DNA of 64,000 bases from Pecten maximus (Eukaryota): assembly GCF_902652985.1 (NCBI RefSeq), contig NC_047016.1, positions 30,318,001 to 30,382,000 on the forward strand, written 5' to 3'. The number at the start of each line of letters is the position of its first letter. The first letter of the stretch is position 1. The notes beneath the pieces were generated by a model, which was not told the DNA's origin, searched no databases, and saw nothing but the letters and a program-made list of their open reading frames with translations. The translations under genes were made by a program, and so were the position numbers. Positions 14,067 to 26,200 of the stretch are shown here, piece by piece.

Positions 14067-15249
14067 ATGTCTCGTGCAGAATGAACGCTCGTGCAAGTAT
14101 TCCACATCCCCGGATGGTACCACCGTTGAGCAGACGACACAGCACCTTCACATCGCATGACGAACAAACACCGAAGATTTTACCGAGTCGTGCCCCTATA
14201 CACAGTACAACTTACGTTACACACAGAAGGAGAGAAGAGATGTGCCGTAAAGTGGAGCGCGTGTTCCGGACATTGTGGGAAAGGACAGTGTCCAGCCTGG
14301 ACGGTGTGTCCCTCGGGCCACCGGGCGAGTGTCTGCTATCTATCTAGATCAAGTCGTAACTATTTTAACAGCCCATTTGGGAGAATCTCTTTCCTGTACT
14401 TACACTCCATAGTCTACACTACGTTGGGTCTCTAAAACAAACAATTACCTATACGCATGTCCACTAGGTTGTGCAAGTATAATTTCCACAGTTTTATGAC
14501 CTTAACATAGAGAAACATCTAAGGACTATGAAAAGGAACCACTAGGGATACCGGCCCTTGGATGTCCAGTTTAATGCTCTCTTATACTACCTGTACAATG
14601 TGTGTTACACCAGTCTTCATTACAACTGTCGTTGAGGTCTGTTTGCCCTAGCGGTAATTGGCGCTGTCGCGACGAGGGTAAACTCCTAGCCTCTTAGACA
14701 TGCTAGAACAATCGAGTACTTACACAAAGCATACAAACCCCTTATCGTTAAGTATTACAGTTCTAGAGAGAAAATATTCTAAGTTTATTTTTTTCTTTTA
14801 CAGACCACAGGGCAAACATATGGATTATAAACCCAAGAACAAACGACTAAGATACGTGTTCATTCCACACTGGATGTTGGTTTAAACGGTGTATACCCCA
14901 TTAAATCTGTTTGAGAGGGAACGCAAAACACTTTATTTAAAATCGACCATTCGTTGCTTTATGGCTGCAAAAGATATCCTGAAACTGAATTCTCTAGCAT
15001 AATCAAGTAAATAGCAATGCATATAACTGTGGGAAACCACGCTCTTTTATTGTTGTAGACATTACCCTAATAATTGGTCTGCACAATAATATGGTGACCG
15101 CGAAGTCGACTTATGCGATACATTTCTTTCCTTTTTTACATTGGGGTATAAGCAATCTCAATATTTGTGAAAATATCCACTTACAGTAAATTTCCTTGGA
15201 TCCTAAATATATATAAATAAAACGCTTCTTCCAATATGAAGTTGTTGGG

Positions 15250-15290
15250 TTTTTTTTGTTTTTTTTTGTTTTTTTTTTTTTTTTTTTTTT
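15250..15290. repeat. Poly(T) tract interrupted by G
   Basis: About 41 nt, nearly all T. It explains the poly-K ORF at 15111-15293. Confidence 0.9.
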
Positions 15291-15857
15291 CATCTTGCCT
15301 TTTCTTTTAAGTTAGGTGAAATGACAAGAAATATGATCATCAGCGCCAACATACAACATTATGCACGACAAATGTTATAAAAATCTTGACATGGAAATAA
15401 ATAAAACATAAGGGGAGGGTCAACCATAATGAGTGTGTCGTAAGGCGTTATGCGTTATGTTTATAAACACTTAGGTGTGTAATTGTACATACATTGATAT
15501 AAATATATATTAACTTTGTATTTGTATTGATTTCGGAAAATAAAATCCTCAAAAAAATATCACGTGCTCTATTCTTTCAATGAACAGATATCACTCGACA
15601 TACATATTTCTTATAACTTATTAAAAGTTTTACTTTAAATATTATATTTAAAAAATCAAAATTAAATGCAATATAATAACTACCATACATTGTTATATAT
15701 GTGTACCCCTCGTTGAGTGTTTATTTCTATATAGATAATGCTGTATAGTATATGTTTTTATTGTTCTTACACTCCACTGCGTTAATTGGTCAATTTGAAG
15801 GATGACATCTGGTATCCAGTAATGGTGTTTTACTCATTCAATGGATAAGTTGTTTAA

Positions 15858-16805
15858 TAGCCAATAATTATATAAAACTCCTTAAATGGACATAATTCTA
15901 ATATCTGCCAGTGATATAAAACTCCTTATATGGACATATTATCTCATATCAAGCAATGATATAAAACTCCTTATATGGACATATTGTCTAATATCGAGCA
16001 ATGATATAAAACTCTTTATATGGTCATATTGTCTAATATCTAGAAGTGATATATAATACAAAGTTGCACGCCTTACATGAACATATTGTCTAATAGCTAG
16101 TAGTGATATAAAACTCCTAATATTGACATATTGTCTAATAGCTAGTACTTGTATAAAACTCTTGATATGGACATATTGTCTAATATCAAGTAATGACATA
16201 AAACTCCTTAGATTTACATATTGTCTAATATCTAGTAGTTATATAAAACTCTTTATATTGACATAATGCCTAATGTCTTGTAATGATATCAAACTCCTTT
16301 AATGATCATATTGTCCAATAGCTAGTAATTTCATATGACTCCTTTTAAGGACATATTGTCTAATACCTAGCAGTGATATAAAACTCCGTATATGAACATA
16401 TTCTCGAATACCTAGTTTTGATATCAAACACCTTATATGGCCACATTGTCTAATAACGAGTAATTGTATAAAACTCATTTATGGCCATATTGTATAATAT
16501 CTCGTAATGATATAATACTCCTTACAAGCACATATTGTTTAATATCTAAACGTGTTATAAAAAGCATTGATGGCCATATTGTCTAATCCCTAGTAATGTA
16601 ATAACAATCCTTACATGAACATATTGTCTAATATCTAGTAGTGATTTAATACTTCTTACATGAACATATTGTCTCATATCTAGAAGTGATTTAATACTTC
16701 TAACACGAACATGTTGTGTAACATGTAGTTGTGATACAATACCCCTTACACGAACATGTTGTCTAATACCTAGTTATGATTCAATACTCCTTATGTAGAC
16801 ATAGT
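15858..16805. repeat. 45-bp tandem array, about 21 diverged copies
   Basis: GATATAAAACTC recurs at 15913, 15958 and 16003 (period 45). Consensus is approximately ATATCTAGTAGTGATATAAAACTCCTTATATGGACATATTGTCTA. There is a short insertion near 16055-16070, and divergence increases toward the ends. Confidence 0.95.
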
Positions 16806-16923
16806 GTCATTGTTGGCAATATACATTATATATTTTTTATATATTGACGTTTTATATTTCTAAGGAAATATCACATATTCTTTCCTACTCATTGTATGCA
16901 GTATCACAAACACCGCTAATAGT

Positions 16924-18360
16924 CGGTATATCGAGTATCATAAACACTGTCAATCCATACTCGTTATATCATGTATTATAAACTCCCTACTTGTTATATC
17001 GAGTATCATAAACAATGTCAATATAATACTCGTTATATCAAGTATTATAAAATCCCTACTGGTTATATCGAGTATCATAAACACTGTCAATATAATACTC
17101 GTTATATCAAGTATTATAAAATCCCTACTTGTTATATCGAGTATCATAAACACTGTCAATCCATACTCGTTATATCAAGTATTATAAACTCCCTACTTGT
17201 TATATCGAGTATCATAAACAATGTCAATATAATACTCGTTATATCAAGTATTATAAAATCCCTACTTGTTATATCGAGTATCATATACACTGTCAATCTA
17301 ATACTCGTTATATCAAGTATTATAAACTCCCTACTTGTTATATCGAGTATCATAAACAATGTCAATATAATACTCGTTATATCAAGTATTATAAAATCCC
17401 TACTTGTTATATCGAGTATCATATACACTGTCAATCTAATACTCGTTATATCAAGTATTATAAACTCCCTACTTGTTATATCGAGTATCATAAAAAATGT
17501 CAATATAATACTCGTTATATCAAGTATTATAAAATCCCTACTTGGTATATCGAGTATCATAAACACTGTCAATCTAATACTCGTTATATCAAGTATTATA
17601 AACTTCCTACTTGTTATATCGAGTATCACAAACAATGTCAATCCATACTCGTTATATCAAGTATTATAAACTCCCTACTTGTTATATCGAGTATCATAAA
17701 CAATGTCAATATAATACTCGTTATATCAAGTATTATAAAATCCCTACTTGTTATATCGAGTATCATATACACTGTCAATACCCACTCGTTATATCAAGTA
17801 TTATAAAATCCCTACTTGTTATATCGAGTATCATAAACAATGTCAATCTAATACTCGTTATATCATGTATTATAAAATCCCTATTTGTTATATCGAGTAT
17901 CATAAACACTGTCAATCCATACTCGTTATATCAAGTATTATAAAATCCCTACTTGTTATATCGAGTATCATAAACAATGTCAATCTAATACTCGTTATAT
18001 CATGTATTATAAAATCCCTATTTGTTATATCGAGTATCATAAACAATGTCAATCTAATACTCGTTATATCATGTATCATAAACTCCCTACTGGTTATATC
18101 GAGTATCATAAACACTGTCAATCTAATACTTGTTATATCGAGTATCATAAACAATGTCAATCTAATACTCGTTATATCAAGTATTATAAACTCCCCGCTT
18201 GTTATATCGAGTATCATAAATACTGTCAATCTAATACTCGTTATATCAAGTATTATAAACTCCCTAGCTACTTGTTATATCGAGTTTTTAACACTGTCAA
18301 TCTTCACTCGTTATATCTAGTATTATAAGTACTGCTAAACCTCCCTACTCGTTATATATT
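16924..18360. repeat. 69-bp tandem array (30-bp A + 39-bp B subunits), about 20 highly similar copies
   Basis: A = ACTCGTTATATCAAGTATTATAAA(A/C)TCCCT; B = ACTTGTTATATCGAGTATCATAAACA(C/A)TGTCAAT(C/A)TAAT. The overlapping ORFs show 23-aa periodicity. Occasional 68-bp units (CAATCCAT) shift the frame. Confidence 0.97.
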
Positions 18361-21300
18361 GAATGATTTAAACACTTTCAATTCCTGGTCGTGATTTATT
18401 TTTAGATCTTCTCCGTTTATCAACGTAGTGTTACACCAAACAACACGTATTATAATCATTATCATTATTTTGTCATGTTCCAGCAGTTACAAATGAGCAT
18501 GTGTCAGTGCACTTTTGAAGAAGCATAACTTTTTCAGTGTAATATTTCCGTCCTATTTCCTGCAGCATGCACTGTAGATAACAACACTGCGATTATATAT
18601 GATATATTTGTAGACAAAATACATATGCTTGCAGTCCTTTTGAACATATTCTAATACATTATATTAAATTATTTTGTAATCTTTGGCACATAAATTGCTT
18701 AAAATCTTTCATAGTAACATGTGTAAAGTGACTTTACGTTAAAGCGATAGATCTGTCGACGTTTTCCACACATAAATCCCTATCTACTTGGTGTACATAT
18801 GCGGTAGCCCCGTAGTGAGGATGTAGGATGTAGTGTAGAGGGTTTGTTCCCATATATACTGGATCGGTGTTGATGGAACACCGGCCCACACACATAGCTT
18901 ACGATTGCAGAGAAATCAACTGTATTCATCATGCGCCTTGCCAAAGGCGACCATAAAACCGTCCACAGCATCGCTGGGCTCTTCATGTGGGGCTTTCCTA
19001 TTGCTAAAATATAGTATACCGCCCTCGGCAAGTCTTCGCTCTCCTGTACACGCGTTCTCCATCAACATGTCCTACTTACCTCCATCAAATATAAACTTTA
19101 CTACCGACAATGCGCATCGCTGCCGGTTTCGCTATGTATCATACATAATATTGTTAACTCAACACGGTTATAATTGACCCGGGACAGGTAATGATATAAA
19201 AGAAAACGTTTGGTTTATCAAGTGTTATGTTTTCTTGTATATGAGGTATATACATATAATATATCGTTTAGTTAATCATGAAATTCGTTCTAACATCTTT
19301 GATGACATAGCCTGTTGAGAAAAGATGCAACAAGCAATTAAACGTATATAACATACAGCGTTAATTGTATATCATCTGACCATACACATACATAATTTAA
19401 TCTTGCTTGTAACAAGCATTTGATTGGCTTCGAGAATTTTGTTAGTCTAGACCGTAAAGTATGACGTATTCGTTTGTAACGTCGATTTTGATTGGCTGAT
19501 ACAGCGGGGTAAGAATTTATAAGAGTCTAAAAAAGTCTATCAATAAAAGTGGTTGATTATGCACTGTATATTTGATAAAAAGGATTAGCTTGAATATATC
19601 CTTAGTTTATAGTATTGATTTTGATTTTTGCTTTTTGCTGTTTTTTTTCTCTTTTTTTTTCTCTGGTTTTAGTACTCTTTATACTCTTCAACTCACCGAT
19701 AAACGCCATTACATATATGTAGATCTATAAGTTGTTCCTTTAGTAATGGCAATTTGACGTAAGAAAACGTTATATTTTGCGCAAAACTTATATTACCTAT
19801 TAGGGGCATGGTAGCAGCAAGCAGTATCCGATTGTGTGAAGTAATACATTGTTGATCAATTGATGACGTCATAATAGTTAATTGGAATAATAATTGAGAT
19901 AATATTTACAATGTATCAAAGAATATATCTTATTATTTGATCAAAGTCCAACTGATGTTTTCACAATAGACTCATTATGATACGATGTTGTGTTTAATCA
20001 TGCCTATGCTGTTATGTATATATTTTTTTATATAGGGGTCAGATTTATAAAAGTGTCATGGCACTTGTTTCTGTATTATTTTTTGTATAATTTATATGCT
20101 GTATATATATTGTTAATTGGAAATGAACAAATAAAACACAGTTTAAACTTATAAGTGTTAAAAATCAGGTATTGATTACTCAACAGCATTTATTTTACAA
20201 CTTTATAACTGTCATTATTTCGTATCTTATATACTTTTCTTGCGACTGGTCAATTTTCAATACATATATCATAAATGTTTATATACAAATGTATATCAAA
20301 TATCGGGATATAAAATGTCAATGAGGTCACAATTTTTAAATGAATGCATGTGCTTTCTTACCTCAGTACTTCTCAAACAGCGTTCAAAATCGGCTTCCAA
20401 ATGCACTGGTCTACTGTAAATGTACTCAGAACAAAATAAAGAAAATCACCATCTTATAAATTCAGTCTTTTTATTGATTATATAGTTAGGTATTCGCCAA
20501 CAAACATGTACAGTATACTGAGAACAAGTGTAGTGAAATATTGATGGTCGACCGCTGATCACCACACGGTGTTGTGTTGTTAACTCTTGTTTGTACGTGT
20601 GAGTGGAAAAACGAAAATCAAACGAGAAACTACTGTTATCACAAAAGATATCGCGAAATTTGCTAAATCTCTTAAGTTGATCAATCGTAGAGTATTTTTT
20701 TTTTATCTCAGTCTGTTCAAAAAACACAAACGTTTATACACGCTCGACTGATTTTGGCCGACATCAATTGCACTCTATGACTGTGCAGGTCATATAACTT
20801 GTGTATGTAACTAACACATATTCATATTTTGCATCATAGCCATATAATAGTGCGGTGACCTTAAACTTATACTAAATTGTATAAAATGAAGCATTCTACT
20901 AATGCATTAACCAAACATTTTGTTATATTTTTATTCACATAAATTTCACTCGTTTAAATACGACTGTGTTCTGTATTTTTTATTATATAAATGTTAGAAG
21001 CCAGTCGCCCGTGTAAAACACACTTACCGAGATAGAAAGATATACATCTGCTTTTGGAAATTTCTCTATTCTTTTTAAATCAGTATAATATCTAGTTTAC
21101 ATACACAATGCACACCTGGAAAAAACTGTTCCTGTTGACTGTCTGACTGGTTAGTTAAATGTTGTTTTGCTATAAATTAGAATATTTATATTTCCCATGT
21201 TCGCTTTTCATAATAAATCACCTAATTATATCGAATATATATTATGATAAAATGCATGCATATTAGTATTTTCTTAAATTCGAAAACATTTCTCAGGTAA

Positions 21301-21755
21301 AAGCTAAATAGTCGATGCAAAAAGTAACGTGATTATGTCTCACATGTTTTCTTTCTCCGTTTTTATGTTTTATTAGAAGTATTATTTAAAACGATAGCCT
21401 CTTGAAGTATCAGCTTGTTAACTATAGCTTCTCAGCAGACAATTGATAATCCCTGAATTTCATACTGTACGAAACTTTATACCAATAAGTATATATGACA
21501 TTTTTTAGGGATTGACTTTCTATTCTGTTTCGATAATCCAGGGAAATATATTTTCGACCACGTGGATTTAAAGTCTGTTCAGAAACAGAAAAACTCTCTT
21601 TACGGAAATGTATCAAATTTGTTATACCATTTCAACTTGGCGTTAGAGAGAAGAACTTTTCGATAACGGTAGATGAATTGATCTACCTATATTGACATCT
21701 TGTTGAATTAAATAAAATCGATATAGTAGTATACTTTGTTAAGATTGCATTTGTG

Positions 21756-21920
21756 ATAAAGTTGTGTTTACGAAACACCATTTGCTATTACATTTTATAA
21801 TTATCTATATAATATACAATATATTTAAAAGTATATTATAAGGTTGTGTTTACGAAACACCATTTGCTATTACATTTTATAATTATCTATATAATATACA
21901 ATATATTTAACAGTATATTA
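21756..21920. repeat. Recent tandem duplication, period 82 bp
   Basis: 21761-21838 and 21843-21920 (GTTGTGTTTACGAAACACC...GTATATTA) match over 78 bp with one mismatch. Confidence 0.95.
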
Positions 21921-23055
21921 CTAGCGCCTTATTTGTGGAATGTTAAAAGTAAAATAGCATGCATATCAATGTATAGTGATCTAACTCCTTACCGTAATGT
22001 AGTCATGTTTACCACGATATGATCACTTTACTATTTAAATGTACTTTAACCTACTACTATTATTTTTCTGTGTGTTATCTTATTGCTTCTTCCAAATTTA
22101 GATTTTAGAATATTTAGTTCTTAATTGAACACCTGTAGAATCTGTAGTGTGTGATCATCTGAAGGCAATGCCAGTTATCTCGGGAAGTTCTAGCATCATT
22201 GTTGATATAAAAAAAAACTTTAGCATATTAAAAAAAAAAAACATTGAAGGAACACGAAAATACTACACTCTTGCGGGTGAGAGGCGCCCACAGTAGGAGG
22301 GGGCATTACAAAATTGTTTTTGTATAAAAATACCACGATATCTGCGTATTGAGTATTTCAAGTCATGCTTAGTTTCTCACCCACATGTATCAAGGATTTT
22401 CATTTGAGGAAATCTGCCACTAACAATTTATACTTTAGATTGTATAACTACGCTATTTTTATCTAAGAAAATAATACACGAAACTGTCAAAAGTTTTACA
22501 TAAAAATAAAAGCATGTATATAATAACAAAACAAACATTTGCCGATTTACATGGGTACCATTGAAAACAAAACCAATGTGTTCCGGATGTGTAAACGCCT
22601 AAAATAAACAACAAAATTATGTAAGAACTAAGCATAACCCAGGCAATGTCACGTTCTCAACGTAAAAACCGCGTAGTAAAAACGAAACCACCACGTGTCA
22701 CAAAAAAACAATGAGACATATGTATATTTCCACTTAACTCAGACTCAATGAAACTACCACAGTTAACTCAAGTCATTTTTCAATGAACTATATCAAGTCC
22801 GGCGTAGGAATACATTTATCGAGCTGGGACTATATCATTTTCAAAAGAGATAATATTTATATGAAATAAATTCCATTAAAAATGATATTTGTTTTAATTC
22901 GTTATTAAGTTTGTTCACGAAAGAAATCCTGAAAGTAATAACCATATGTAGACGAAGAGTGATGACGTACATTTCGGTAAGTTCCGTGGTAGACTTGCAC
23001 AAGTCCCTATTTGTCAAGGACAAAATATATACAAAAATATCAAAAAATATAAATG

Positions 23056-23213
23056 TAAGGATTGAATAAAGTTATGTTGAGGTGTATGGGGGTATAAACC
23101 TCAATAGATCTTGAGACAAATTTATCATGAGAAACAGTTAATGATAAATTTGTCTCAAGACCTATTGAGGTTTATACCCCCATACACCTCAACATAACTT
23201 TATTCAATCCTTA
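23056..23213. mobile_element. Foldback MITE with TA flanks (Tc1/mariner-type target duplication inferred)
   Basis: 73-bp arms at 23056-23128 and 23141-23213 are reverse complements with one mismatch, around a 12-nt loop GAGAAACAGTTA. Ends are TA|AGGATTGAATAAAG...CTTTATTCAATCCT|TA. Confidence 0.85.
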
Positions 23214-26200
23214 AAATTATGTCGATCATAAAATCTTTACCAAGGTCTTAATCAACCAGCATCCTCAGAAACCATTTGTAGTAAGATTTTCTTTCTGCAG
23301 CCTGTAGCTAACATTAATTTCGTAATCTAGGGGAAATGCGTTCGAGTATACCATTTTTGTTTTTCGTCTGCGAAGTGATACATAATCCTTCCGCGGATGG
23401 AATATCTTTATAAAACAAATAATGAAGAGATTCTCCAGTGAACAATGTAACATATATACACGTGTTGTTGTTGTACATGCTACTCTGTTACCACGTCATT
23501 TTATATTTAAAGGTTGATCTAGCAATTAATTTGGATTAATTATTTATGTCATTATGAATACCGGTAGTATATTTGAGTTGAAAATAGTGCAACGAAAAAA
23601 GGAAAAAGAATAGGTAAAAGGATTTAAGTTTAATTAATAGCCTTAAAATACTTAAATTATTTTGTAATTTAATCTGATAAATGCAGTTATCGCCCATATT
23701 CGAAATCGCAAACCCTTTTAAAATCTAACTCAATTGTATCAATGCACGTGCGAAGTCTTTTTTTCCGGCTTTAACACAGTATAACGTTCCGTGGTGTGTA
23801 TATGGTATACTAAGAATAATAAAATTGCATTAAACGGAAAATGAACATTTTTACTTTGTGGCGAAAACAATTAAAGCTCATATTAGCTACGCTACCGCAA
23901 CAATTAGTTCATAACGTACAATTTTGGATGTAGTAAACAGGAAATAACCAAAACCAATTTCAAATCATTAACATTATATCGTCTGCCGTATTTTTTCTAT
24001 AATCATCTCTTTTATTTTTCTCTGAAGGAAGTTACAGAAAAGGAAAGGCTATCTAAGTTCAAAGAGTTTTAAATTGCAATGACGTAAATATTGATAACAG
24101 AAGTAAATTTCGTTTCCACACCAATCGTACTACTACTACTACCAATTATTTAAAAGCATCAAATGAGTAACATCCTCAGTTACACATATTAATATTATCA
24201 GAAACTACATTTCCAACTTCAAACACATACAACAGGATGTATAGTAATTTAGAATAATAACTAATACATTTCAAGGACATATCAATTATAGAGTTTTTGT
24301 CATGACGTCAGATTAAATTCATCCAAATTGTTCTTTCTGACAATATGATCAAGATATTTTAAGATCCAGGTAAGGGAATTTATGATGAATGTCAGCAACA
24401 AGTCCTATATCGACCATATAAATGTGATGATACTTTGAAAACACAACAATGGCATGATATATCGAATAACGTGGAAAGTCACAACTGAAAGAAATATTGA
24501 GAAAAAATAGTATATTCTGGTATAAGTAAATAACTGAAAGAGTAGTCAATACATCTATAAAACAAAAGACAGGTATCTTATAATATATTCCGAATAGCAG
24601 AGCATATCCAAAATATGTATTAAGCATTAAAGGATCATTTGTTTAAAAGTGCAAAATATAAAATCCAATGGTGCGATGGCATACCATGTAGTCAACGACT
24701 GAGCCGGATCCCCATATGGAATACACTGTTTACAAACCTACAACAAGCCACGTCAAATTCACCGTTAGGACTCCTTCCACATCCAAAATATGTGAATACA
24801 GTCAAAGAGCAATTAATATTGATTAGTTTACACAACTCACTTTGAATCAGAAAATTCATAATCGGCTGTAAATATCCAAATAGCATAGAGAACGTGACGT
24901 CACAAATATGTAGTGTCAGTGCAGAAGATAAGTTTAAGAAAGTGAAACAGCGAAATATAGGACATTGGTTTTAAAAAGTGAATCTCGTGAGTGCGTTGAA
25001 CAGGACATCGTATTGTTTGCATGGGTGGTCTGTAGTATTGATTAGGTCTAAACCACATGTCATAAAGTGCCGCGAGCAGTTCTACACACTGATTTACCAA
25101 AAGGCACTGCGTAACAATTGTAGCCATAGGTAGGATTGCCAACAAAAAACTTGACGTCAATAGGTGTTTTTAGTTTTACTACTCTGGAATAACTGACAAA
25201 AATATCACATGCTGGTACTTATTAATAACATCAATACGTAGATATAAAAATTGTAGTTTTCCTTAACAAAGCTGCAAATGTAACATATTGCCTCAAAAGA
25301 CAACAGAGTGATTCCCGGATTTACTCTATGAATAAAAAAAAATAAGATTTTTTTTTTGGGGAGGTGAAAGGAACAGCGATGGGTTGCACGTTATCTATGT
25401 CTACATGGTTTAACACATGTATCCCATAACATATAATACTAGCAAGATTTGCATTTCTTTGAAACTTTAACCAGTAAAAGATTTCGGGATGGAGAAAATG
25501 TAATGTTTATAATTCACCGTAACCTAGATAGTGTTAGATCTAAACAGGCATATGCAAAGGTGTCAGCAAATGGTTACTTACGAGCACATTCAAATATTTC
25601 AAAGTAAAATATGAGTTTGTAGTATCCTCCCGAACCTGTTCATCGTGTAACATTGGTTTGGTGGAAAACCTGTTTTAGTTTAGTTACTTTTTAAAACATG
25701 TTAGAGAAAACTACATATATGTATCAGAGTTTGATAGATGACGTCATGAATACCACGACAATGTCATGAGAGGTACAGTACAACAGGCAGTTATTCATAA
25801 TCGGCTGGATATAGAATCAAAGATGGTTCCGATAATGCTTAGTCAGGTTGGTTATTCTAAAATCACGGAAGCAATTTAGATTAAGTATCCTAATTGGAAA
25901 TAACCGCCATTGTTTCAAGGTTGTGGATTATAAATCAACCTTGCAAGTTTGCATTAACATTGCAAACATGCATGGCATTCTTTTATTTGTTCTAATCTGA
26001 TGACATTGTATTATATTTGATACATTTTTCCAACAATTAAGAAATGTAAGATGTATACATATATATAAATGACTCATGGAACAACACATAATGGTATAAT
26101 TGTAGTCTTCCGGTTTTTAATGAAATCATTTTCATATCTCCAAAACAACAATGCAACAATCAAAATAAACAGGAGGAAACAAAGACAAAAGGAAAATCAA

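Noticed and set aside
15939-16199. 86-aa ORF with 15-aa LRR-like periodicity
   Set aside because: Translation of the 45-bp array; the frame does not stay open across the array.
16950-18328. Long ORFs (up to 232 aa) with ILVISSII, ILDITS and CYIEYHK repeats
   Set aside because: By-products of the 69-bp array. They are open on both strands and in several frames, and 68-bp units break the frame freely.
15858-18360. CRISPR-like appearance of the arrays
   Set aside because: Units are head-to-tail with no unique spacers, there are no cas genes, and the context is eukaryotic.
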